A stretch of DNA of 64,000 nt from the NCBI RefSeq assembly GCF_009914755.1, contig NC_060938.1. The stretch is one strand, 5' to 3'. Below the pieces are notes generated by a model. The model was given only the letters and a program-made list of their open reading frames with translations. It did not search any database and was not told the origin of the DNA. Positions within the stretch are counted from its first letter, which is position 1. Each line of letters begins with the position of its first letter. Below, piece by piece: positions 1-19,393 of the stretch. Position numbers and translations under genes: made by a program. The DNA is from the human T2T-CHM13v2.0 reference genome, Homo sapiens.

Positions 1-595
1 GCAGATGGGAAAGAGTACCTGATAGTGACTATGAACAGGGTGGCTGGGCCATGGGGAAGTTAGACTCAAAGTTTAGTATCACTGGATTTGGTAGAAAAAA
101 GTGGGGATTGTAGGGGAAGGACTTAATGACTACATTATGTGTCTATGAGATTTAGGACTACATTTTCCTTATTTGATTCAATGACCTCTGCTCCCATCTT
201 TTGGTCAAGGGATAAATATTACCAGGATGTGTGTGTGTGTGTTTCCAAAAAATTGGATGGAAGTCTTGAAGAAAAGAGAGGGGAAGCAGAGAGACCTGAG
301 AGAAATAAGCCTGTTACTCAAGATAAATTATTCTTTCCATTACCTACCTCCGTCTCTCCCTTCCAAACATCTACTATCCTTCCATACACACCATTTGTAA
401 TCTGATTACAGGTGCCTGCCACCCCACCTGACTAATTTTTGTATTTTTAGTAGAGACAGGGTTTCACCATGTTGGCCAGGCTTATCTCGAACTCCTGCAT
501 TCAAATGATTTCTCCACATTGGCCTCCCAAAGTGCTGGGGTTACAGGTGTGAGACACTGCACCTGGCCTCATCAGATTCTTGAAACAAACCTAGG

Positions 596-992
596 GGTCG
601 GGTGCAGTGTCTCACGCCTGTAATCCCAGCACTCTGAGAGGCCGAGGTGGGTGGATCATGAGGTCAGGAGTTGGAGACCAGCCTGACCAACATGGTGAAA
701 CCCCGTCTCTACTAAAAATACAAAAATTAGCCAGGTGTGGTGGCGCGAGCCTGTAATCCCAGCTACTCAGGAGGCTGAGGCAATAAGAATGAAACTCCAT
801 CACAAAAAAAACCTAAATAATAATAATAATCGATGCTGTTATTATCCAAATGAACAAAACCACTAAACTAGAATCGCTTGAACCCAAGAGGCAGAGGTTG
901 TGGTGAGCCGAGATCATGCCATTCCACTCCAGTCTGGGCAACAAGAGTGAACTCTGTCTCAAAAAAAAAACAAAAAACAAACAAAACAAAAA
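596..992 (+). mobile_element. AluS-type element interrupted in its right arm by an 88-bp foreign patch (783-870)
   Basis: Alu sequence runs to GAGGCTGAGGCA (782) and resumes at GAATCGCTTGAACCC (871); A-rich tail at 961-992. Confidence 0.9.
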
Positions 993-1444
993 CCGGTAGG
1001 CTGGGCACAGTTGCTCACACTTATAATCCTAGCACTTTGGGAGGCTGAGGTGGGAGGATTGCGTGAGGCCTGGAATTCAAGACGAGGCTGGGCAAAATAG
1101 CAAGACCCCGTCTCTACAAAAAATACCTACTGGGCATCCACTCTATGCCAGCTGGGCATGATGCTTGTGAATATAACTTCATATCCTTTCCACTCTCCAA
1201 GAATTTATATTGAAAGTCCACTTGACAAATAGAACTCATATGACATACATTTTCATTTTTAGTGGAAAAACCATCGAACTTGGGTTCTAGTCAAATTCTT
1301 TCTATTCCCAGTTAAATCCCCTTGGGGCCAGGCATGGTGGCTCATGCCTGTAATCCTAGCACTTTGAGAGGCCAAGGCAGGAGGACTGCTTGAACTCATA
1401 GTATGAGACCAGCCTGAGCAACATAGTGAGACCTCATCTCTACT

Positions 1445-1486
<42 letters not shown>

Positions 1487-1546
1487 CAGGCACAGTGGCT
1501 CATGCCTGTAATTCCAGCACTATGGGAGGACAAAGCGGGCAGATCA

Positions 1547-1943
<397 letters not shown>

Positions 1944-2097
1944 TCAATCTGCATTGATGGAATTAGACCCAATGATTTTCTTACCCAGCTTTAACAGTTT
2001 GTGCTTGCATATGTGAACATCTGTATCAATCAACAAGATGCATCTATTGCAACAATTTCTACATAGGGTCCTACAATAATAAATCTATGATGGTAAT

Positions 2098-2099
2098 TT

Positions 2100-2159
<60 letters not shown>

Positions 2160-2178
2160 TCCTTTCTTTCTTTCTTTC

Positions 2179-2229
<51 letters not shown>

Positions 2230-2281
2230 CTCTCTCTCTCTCTTCCTTTCTTTCTTTTTCTGTCTTCTTTTTTTTTTTTTT
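2098..2281. repeat. Compound (CTTT)n/(CT)n/(T)n microsatellite grown from the tail of a minus-strand AluJ-like element (2282-2555)
   Basis: About 125 bp of near-pure CTTT, then CT and T runs directly abutting an Alu 3' end. Source of the KERK and FLSF ORFs. Confidence 0.95.
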
Positions 2282-3431
2282 GACACAGTCTCACTCTGTT
2301 GCCCAGGCTGGAATGCAGTGGTACAATCTCTGCCTCCGGGGCTCAAGTGATCCTCCCACCTTAGCCTCTCAACTTCAGCCTCCTGAGTAGCTGGGACCAC
2401 AGGTGCATGCCACTATGCCCAGCTAATTTTTGTATTTTTTGTAGGGACAGGGTTTTGCCATATTGGCCAGGCTGGTCTTGCACTCCTGGACTTAAGTGGT
2501 CTGCCCACCTCAGCCTCCCAAAGTGTGATTACAGGTGTGAGCCACCTCACATGGCCCCTGATGGTCATTTCTAAACCATTACTTAAGACGAGGTCTAGAG
2601 TCAAAGTCGAAAAATTTCTGAGGAAGGAATGCCCAAGAGACTGCTTTTGCTCTGGTATTAGAACAAGTTCTTGTCATTTATTTGGCGAATATTGGAGGAA
2701 GTAGTTGGCCTGCATTTATTTATGCGGTAGGTAGAATAAAACTATGCACTTCTCAATATAGGATCACACTCATGCTTATATAGAGAGGGACAGGAGGACA
2801 GAGAGACTCAACCTGGGCTAACTGCATGGAATGCCAGAGTGAGATTCCGTTGCATTCTTTACATTGCTGTTGGGGAATCCTAATTATAGTTTAATTTGCA
2901 TATTCAAATTTAACTTGTATTAAATTAAATTAAAATATGAAAGTCCATCAACAAACCTCAGGTCTGCTAACCTCTGTGACCTCCAGAAGTAAGTCCAATC
3001 AAAAACCAAAGCAGCTTAGACATTCATGATTCTGTATCTCCAGATGGCAGAATCACCTCAGGATTTAGCCCAGGCCATAGAAATCCTTTCCTTCTTTTGG
3101 GACATAAGCTCCAAGGTAGATCTTCTAATTTGTTACATTTTCAACAAACATTTGGCAAATGCATTTGAGATTTCACTTACCAGGCCTGCATTTAGGGGGA
3201 AAGTAGAGTGAACGAGTAGACATTTCTCAACATAGAATCACATTCATGCTCATATTAAGAGAGAGATGAGAGAACTGGGATGCTGGGGTTACAAAGGCAA
3301 ATAAGACACAGGCCCTGCTTCTCCCTGGGAGGAGGGGCAATTTCGAAAAGATAAAGACGATACAACATGAGAAACTGTCGTAAAGGTATACATAAAGTTC
3401 CCTGGGAAGAAGGGAGACTTGAATAATACTA

Positions 3432-3698
<267 letters not shown>

Positions 3699-3806
3699 TC
3701 AGGAGGCTGAGGTGGGAGAATTCCTTGATCCCAAGAGGTTGAGGCTGCAGTGAGCTATGATCAGGCCACTGCATTTCAGCCTGGGAGATAGAGCAAGACT
3801 CTGTCT

Positions 3807-3840
<34 letters not shown>

Positions 3841-4183
3841 AGAAGAAGAAAAGAAAAAAGAGTAGAAATGTATAGGGAAAGAAAATTTGAAAAGAAGTTT
3901 GGGGTGAGTGTAAAAGACCATTTATGCTATATTAACAAATTGAATATTATGAGAAGACACTGGAAGTTTTAAAACAAAGAATATAGCTGTATTTTATTAT
4001 TATTTTAATAATTTTATTTATTTATTTATTTTTTGAGACCATGTCTCACTCCATCACCCAGGCTGGAGTGCAGTGGCACAATCTTGGCTCACTGCAACCT
4101 CTGCCTCCTGGGTTCACGTGATTCTCCTGCCTCAGCCTCCTGAGTAGCTGGGATTACAGGTGCCTGCCACCATGCCTGGCTAA

Positions 4184-4330
<147 letters not shown>

Positions 4331-4431
4331 TAGAAGGTCAACCATTGAAAGTGTGGAAAATGATTTAAAATTGGAAAGAGACTGAATGGACAGAAGAGAT
4401 ACCAGAAATCCAGGCAAGAGATGAAGAGTGA

Positions 4432-4820
<389 letters not shown>

Positions 4821-5226
4821 TAAAATAGAGACAGGGTCTCACTATGTTGCCCAGGCTGGCCTTGAACGCCTGGGCTCGAGTGATCCTTCCACCTCAGTCT
4901 CCCAAAGCATTAGGATTACAGGGATTACAGGTGCTCCCCATCATGCCCAGCTAATCCAGGCTGGTCTTGAACTCCTGACCTCAGGTAATCCACCTGCCTT
5001 GGCCTCCCAAAGTGCTGGGATTACACGCATGAGCCACTGCACCCGGCCACCAAGTTCACAACATTTGATAGTTAATATTATTACACTGTTCTGCATAGAG
5101 AACAAGAGGTGAGTGCTATAAGCAATGCAGATCAACTGCATACAAGTTCAGAGGAAGGAAAGGCCATTTCCAATTGGAGGGCAGGAGGGTGAGCAGATTA
5201 AATTAGAATAATGAAGAAGTCACTTA

Positions 5227-5523
<297 letters not shown>

Positions 5524-7154
5524 TCAAAAAAAAAAAAAAAAAAGAAAAAAGAAAAAAAAAAGTAAGATGAACATTTAGACGATAAAACTTAGAGAAGGCT
5601 TAGTGATCCGGAAGAAAGAAAGAAGCTTGTCACCTATCATTTGTAGAAGTGACAAGCAATAAAAATGTAAGCAAATAAATAACTACAGAATGAATGATAA
5701 TTAAACAGGGTAGTGGGTCAGAAAGTGAAGAGAAAGAGTGGGGCTGGTGGTTAAGGAATTAGAGGGAAGACTTGATTCCATCTCAAGGTAGAAAGCTGTT
5801 CATATGCAGATCAACTGCTATCTGTGAATGGATACCCGAATATTGTCACAAACAAACTGAAATGCAAATACTCTTAGAAACTGGGGTATTAGTAATGCAA
5901 GTATGAAAAACATCTGATTTAAGCAGAACAACAACAACAAAACACCCTCATCATTCTTTGAATGACTTAATCTGTGAATGAAAACATTCACATCCTCATG
6001 ATTTTGATGACAGAATAGATGATTTTTCTTTGTGCTGAGTTTGTTATCTCAAGCTGGAACTAAGTAAGGCTAGTCAAGGCCATCTGATTCTTATTGCTCA
6101 TTCATTCATTCATTCATTCATTCATTCAACCAATATTTTACTGAGAGCTTGCTGTATGCGGAATTATGCTTTGCCTGGGGAATGCAGTGGAGGTTTTTTC
6201 CTTGGAGTTCTCTTACTCCAAAGGGCTTTAACCTTGGACAGGTTCTGACACTTGTCTGCTGACGTTTTTGTTTTGTTTTGTTTTGTTTTGTTGAGACAGG
6301 GTCTTGCTCTGTTGCCCAGGCTGGCAAAAAGATAACGGCTCACTGTGGCCTTGAACTCCTGGGCTAAGGCGATCCTCCCACTGCAGCCTTCAGAGTAGCT
6401 GGGACTATAGGTGTGAGCCACCATGCCCAGCTAATTAAAACAATTTTTTTTTTTTTGTGGAGATGGGATCTCCCTCTATTGCCCAGGTTGGTCTCAAACT
6501 CCTAGGCTCAAGTGATCCTCCTGCCTCATCCTCCCAAAATGTCGGGATTACAGGTGTGAGCCATGGTGCCTAGCCTGTTGATTTTTTTTTGGATAAGAGA
6601 TAGAGAGGACCTGGTAATATACAAGGCCCAGAGTGTGTCCTAAGATGATCTATGGGGAGAGAACAGAGTATCCCTGACTGAAGAGTTTTGGAAACTATTT
6701 TAATGTTCCCCAATTTTATTTGAACTAAAAAACATTGTCTGCCTTTCACATTCCTTCGTGCACTCCACCTCACCACTGCTCCCCCGGCACCTGTTGGCCT
6801 CTTTTGCTATCCAAATTTACCAAATAAATCTTCCCCGCCTTTCTACCCATCTGCTGTTCTTCACAGCTTGTCTCTGGGCTCAGCCCCAAGCCTGGAGGGG
6901 CAGTAAATGGATTCAGAGTTGCTGCTCAAACATGGATTCCCATGGAAACCAAACGACTAAGAAAACAAATAGGGAGGAAGAGGCAGCCACTGCCTGACCT
7001 CTTACCCTCCCCCTCCAAATTCTTTTCGCTTTTCAGCATGAAGGCAAGCGCTTATTTGTATAACTAGTAGAAGGACATAACCTGACCCCTCCCCCCACCC
7101 CCAAATTCTTTAAGAATCTCTCGTTCGACAATGAGTAAATGAAAGACAGTGGGA

Positions 7155-7173
7155 CATCGCCACCTGGTGGTAG
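7155..7173 (-). promoter_or_regulatory. Candidate CTCF binding site
   Basis: Minus strand reads TACCACCAGGTGGCGATG; the core CCACCAGGTGGCG (7158-7170) fits the CTCF consensus CCASYAGRKGGCR. It lies in an Alu-free island. Confidence 0.65.
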
Positions 7174-7906
7174 AAATGCCAAAATACTTAAGAAGAGAGA
7201 ACTCAATTAACAAGTGAAAGCCTGCGATACAGGCCAGTAAGTATACAAAGAAGTAACATTCAGATACAAAAATAAGATACAAAGAAGTAACATTCAGAAG
7301 CCACTCCTAGGAAACTGTTTAATTGTGATGCAGTTAGTACTTGTTCCTTCTCACATATACAGATTTAAATATCATCTTTATGTTGGTGAATTTTTATTTT
7401 TATTTTTTAAAAATTTTATTTATTTATGTATTTATTTTTGCGACGGAGTCTCACCCTGTCGCCCAGGCTGGAACGCAGTGGCGCAATCTCGGCTCACTAC
7501 AACCTCCGCTTCCTGGGTTCAAGCGATTCTCATGTCTCAGCCTCCCGCGTAGCTGGGGATTACAGGCACCTGCATTATGCCCGGCTAATTTTTGTAGAGA
7601 CAGGGTTTCACCATGTTGGCCAGGCTGGTCTTGAATTACTGACCTCAGGTGCCTCAGCCTCCCAAAGTGCTGGGATTACAGGCGCGAGCCACCACGCCCG
7701 GCCGAATTTTTTTTTTTTTTTTTGCATCCAATTCAAATATGGGAACATGAGGTTTAGTCTTATCTCTCCCAACTCCATACCAGATTTTTTTTTTGTTTGT
7801 CTGTTTGAGACGGAATCTCACTCTGTCGCCCAGGCTGGAGTGCAGTGATGCAATCTCAGCTCACTGCAACCCCCACCTCCCGGGTTCAAGTGATTCTCTT
7901 GCCTAA

Positions 7907-8095
<189 letters not shown>

Positions 8096-8190
8096 TAGAT
8101 ATTTTTTATCTGAACGTCATGCTGTTGCTACAGATTCAGTGGAGTTGGACAGTACTTTTCTCTTCCCGTCCTTTCCCTTCCATAGGGTAG

Positions 8191-8758
<568 letters not shown>

Positions 8759-8760
8759 TA

Positions 8761-9045
<285 letters not shown>

Positions 9046-9484
9046 TCAAAAAACAAAAACAAAATTATAAAAAAGAGAAGAAGCTCAACAACTGATATGT
9101 TTTTCCCGGCATGAATATTTTTATATTGAGGAAAAATAAATCACTTAAAATTTTTTTAAAAGAAAGAGGGTATACTAAAAATACAAAAATTAGCTGGGTG
9201 TGATGGCTCTCTCCTGTAGTCTCGGCTACTCAGGAGGCTGAGGTGGGAGGACTGCTTGAGCCTGGGAGGTGGAGGCTGCAGCCCACAACATTCCAGCCTG
9301 GGTGAGAAGGAAGACCCTGTCTAAAGAAAACAAAAACAAACAAACAAACAAAAATGAGTGGAATTGGCCGGGCACGGTGGCTCATGTCTGTAATCCCAGC
9401 ACTTTGGGAGGCTGAGGCAGGCGGATCATGAGGTCAGGAGATCGAGACCATCCTGGCTAACACAGTGAAACCCTGTCTCTACTA

Positions 9485-10693
<1,209 letters not shown>

Positions 10694-11136
10694 CTGGCCT
10701 TCCATACCATAAGCTCCTTTCCCTATATAATTTGCAATAAACAGAGGCCTGGAGAATGGAGACAAAGCTATTCTGGAGACCCAGGGGTCTAGGCTACCTT
10801 GCCTTTGCCTCATTTCACACTTCAGGCTATATGAGCTCTATCCCCAGGAAAATTCAGCTCTTGCTATTTGGATTCATTAAGTGGAGAATAGAATGAGATC
10901 TGTTTTGGGTATCAGGCCAGAAATTATCAGCATCTTGGAACGTCAGAAAATAATGGATCAGTACCCAAGTTACTTAGTCTCACCCCATACAGTCTTCCAC
11001 CACCTACAGCTGGGTACTATAACAACACATCCTAAGAGAAAAGAGGCTCAGAGACTTCTTTAGCCTAAGAACCTCTAGGACCTAACTCCCCAGAAGCCTT
11101 AGCGTCAGGTCAAGTAAAGGAGCACACACAGGATAG

Positions 11137-11280
<144 letters not shown>

Positions 11281-12131
11281 TAGCCGGGACTATAGGCACA
11301 CACCACAACGCCTGGTTAATTTTTTGTATTTTTAGTAAAGATGAGGTTTCACCATATTGGCCAGGCTGGTCTTGAACTCCTGACCTCAGGTGATCTGCCC
11401 GCCTCGGCCTCCCAAACTGTTGGGATTACAGGCGTGAACCACCGTGCAGCCGGGAAGTGTTTCTTTCACTGGAGGGGCAGAGGTAGTTGTGATGACCCTA
11501 CTGTGGCCCTGGGGAGAAGAGTGAGAGGATAACAGTGAACAAGGGGCTAAGTGAAGTTCTTAGAAGTAGGGTGGAATGAGTGTGAGAGAAAGGGGGAAGC
11601 TAGTGAGGCTTTTCCCTTATGCTGATGTAAAGTAGGTTTCCAATAGAAGAAATTTATAAGTAATACAGAGGATAGGATGATTAATCTAAATTGGACCAGA
11701 GCAGAGTTTTGTTGGCCCCAGAGGTTTTAAGATTTTGTTTAGGTAAGATTTGTGTTTAGTCCCAGCAATTTGGGATGCTGAGGTGGGAGAATCACCTGAG
11801 CCCATGAAGTCGAGGCTGTAGTGAGCTGTGATTGTGCCGCCGCACTCCTGCTTGGGCGACAGAGCGAGACCCTGTCTCAAAAACAAACAAACAACAAAAA
11901 AGAAAAGATAAATAAACCTAGATTCTTATTGCACACCATATGCGAAAGTAAATTTCAGATGGAATAAAGATATAAATGAGCATAACAAAACTATAAAAAC
12001 GTTAGAATCAGGCCAGGCATGGTGGCTCATGCCTGTAATCCCAGCACTTTGGGAAGCTGAGGTGGGAGGATCACCTAAGGTCAGGAGTTCAAGACTAGCC
12101 TGACCAACATGACAAAACCCCATCTCTACTA

Positions 12132-12326
<195 letters not shown>

Positions 12327-12801
12327 TTAGAAGAATATTTAGGACTCTATAAAATCTTGGGATGGGGATGTGCTTCATTTTTTTTTTTTTTTTTTTTTGA
12401 GACAGAGTCTTGCTCTGTTGCCCAGGCTGGAGTGCAGTGGCGCCATCTTGGTCTCGATCTCTTGACTTCGTGATGTGCCTGCCTCGGCCTCCCAAAGTGC
12501 TGGGATTATAGGAGTGAGCCCCTGCGCCTGGCCTGGGGATGCGCTTCTTAAACAAAATAGCCCAGAATCTATAAAGAAAATATTATTACACAAAAATAAA
12601 ATCTTTGGGATGAAAAAAGGCAGCATAAACACAAATAATACAGTTGGTAGAAAATATTTGCACCCATACCACCAATTGATGAATTTTCTAATATACAAAG
12701 ACCTAGTATTGGAAGAAAAAGTTGACAACTCAGTAGAAAAATAGGCAATTGATATAAACAGACAAAAGGCAGACGAGCAATTCTGAATGGTAAATAAGTC
12801 T

Positions 12802-13099
<298 letters not shown>

Positions 13100-13227
13100 T
13101 TCTGAATGGTAAATAAGTCTAATAAAAGCTACCCAGGCAGCCTCCCCACCCCTCCCGCAATGCTCGACCCCAGGATTGCCCCGGCTTGCCTGCCCGCCAT
13201 GGCCGTCAAGGAAGCAGCCTTCGATGA

Positions 13228-14699
<1,472 letters not shown>

Positions 14700-15436
14700 T
14701 GATTTTAGACTCCCCTTTTTTCTTCTCAATGCTGAGAGTGATTTAACACTGGTTTTGAGACACAAACTTTGTTCAGCTATCCCTCTATATAATAGGTACC
14801 ACCAATAATACCATTAGCCCTAACAGTGGGTGTTTTCTAAATATTAATGGTGGGGCTTGATTCAGCAAAGCCACAGACTTATTACACTGAAGTTTTCTTC
14901 AGGAATTTTCTAGTAACAAAACCAGGTCTAAAGTAGCTACAGAAACGGGAATATTATGTGTGATTATTTTTCTTCTTATGCTATATCCGCAAGTTTTTCA
15001 GACTCATTTAAGTAAAGGCTAGAGTGAGTAAGGAACAGAGCCAAATGAGGTAGGTGTCTGAGCCATGAAGTATAAATACTGAAAGATGTCACTTTTATTC
15101 AGGAAATAGGGGAGATTCAAGTCATATAGATTCCTACTCGAAAATCTTGATACCTGACTTTCCAGCATGCACATGAAGACCAGTAGACCAGGAAACAGGT
15201 AGACGAGTTTCCTCTTGGTTCCTTCAGTTAAGTCAGAACTACACGTTCCTCTTTCCCCATATATTTTTGCTTGTTCGTGTATTTCTTAAGCTGTTTTCAT
15301 GCTGTTTCTTTCCTTTCTGTGGAATGGTTTTTTTTTTTTTTTTTTAACTTAGGACTACCAAGTTGTAAAGATGTATGTTTTTACCTGACAGTAATACCAC
15401 AGGTAGACTGTCAAGTTGAGAAGAGTGAATCAATAA

Positions 15437-15774
<338 letters not shown>

Positions 15775-16554
15775 TTTTTTTTTTTTTTTTTAGGAGTTAG
15801 TCCTTGACCACTAGTTTGATGTTTGATGCATCTCCATTTTGGGTGACCTGTTTTACCAGCAGGCCTGTTACTCTCCATGACGAACTGTGTAAGTGCTTAA
15901 AATGGAATAAATTGCTTTTCTACCTTAAAAAAAAAGCTACCCAGTCTCTTTATTCATCAGGAGAAATTAAAACAAAAATGAACTGCCCATTAGATTGGCA
16001 AAAATTAGTTGATAAGATTCAGTGTGGGTGAGAGTGTGGGAATAGGCATTCATACAGACACACACAAACACACATATATATGCCTCGTGGGTGTATGAAT
16101 TAGGGGTGGGTGTATGAATTAGGAGCATGAATTGCTACAATTTTGGGGGAAGAAACATAGTAATATCTACAAATATTAAAATTATGTATCCTTTGGCCAG
16201 GGGCTGTGACTCATGCCTGTAATCCCAGCACTCTGGGAGGCCGCGGGGCGGAGGGGGTGGGGTGTAGATTGCTTGAGGTCAGGAGTTTGAGACCAGCCTG
16301 GCCAACATGGTGAAACCCTGTCTCTACTTTACTAAAAATACAAAAATTAGCCAGGTGTGGTGGTGTGCACCTGTAGTCCCAGCTACTTGGGAAGCTGAGG
16401 CAGGAGAATCACTTGAACCCGGAGGCAGAGGTTGCAGTGAGCTGATATCTCGCCATTGCACTCCAGCCTGGGTGACAGAGTGAGACTCCGTCTCAAAAAA
16501 TAAATAAAAAGTCAAAGGCATATACATTGTTCTGCACCTTACTTTTTCAGTTAA

Positions 16555-16890
<336 letters not shown>

Positions 16891-16893
16891 TAA

Positions 16894-17112
<219 letters not shown>

Positions 17113-17450
17113 TAGGCTGGTCTCGAACTCCCGACCTCAGGTGATCCACCCGCCTTGGCCTCCCAAAGTGCTGGGATTACAGGCGTGAGCCACTGCGCCC
17201 GGCTGGATGTTGTTTAAGGCGCTAAATTTCTGCTGCTAACACATTGCCTATTATGTTAGATTAAATCCAAACTTCCTACATAGTTTCTGAGGCTTTACAA
17301 TATCTACCCTTCACGTGTAGTATGGTCATGTAACCTCTCCCCCATATACTACCTTTCACCAACACTAGCTTTCCTTTCAAACATGCCAAGCTTTTTTTTT
17401 TCTTTTCCATCCTAGAGCCTTGTATTAGCTTTTCCCTCTATTTTTCCTGA

Positions 17451-18087
<637 letters not shown>

Positions 18088-18127
18088 CCAGAAATAGTAA
18101 TTTTTAAAAAATTGCTTTTTAAGAAAA

Positions 18128-19049
<922 letters not shown>

Positions 19050-19393
19050 TATAATATTGGGAAATATCATATTGAACTCTACGTTTTGGTGTGGGAGAAT
19101 TTATTACTGAGACATTGGAAAATACACTATTGCATTCTTTCTTCTGGATTGTTTAATGTGGTTTAGTTTGTGAGAATTTGGTCTCATTCTCTACTCTTGC
19201 AGTGGCTGAGAGTTATCTTGAGAGGATACTAAGGAACTGTTAGAAAGTTAGTATTTTACCTTAAACTGTGTTTGATCATACAGTATGGCTATATAAAAGA
19301 GAAAAAACAAGAAGAAAAGAAAAAAGTTACCGAAGCCTAAACATTATAATAAATTCTAATTGTGACAGCTTCCCTAGTGGGAGAAAGACACTT

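Noticed and set aside
2071-2400. KERK-rich and FLSF-rich ORFs
   Set aside because: Products of the (CTTT)n microsatellite.
2661-2670. p53 half-site GAACAAGTTC
   Set aside because: No adjacent second half-site.
16087-16123. 19-bp tandem duplication GTGGGTGTATGAATTAGG
   Set aside because: Ordinary slippage duplication inside a decayed L1.
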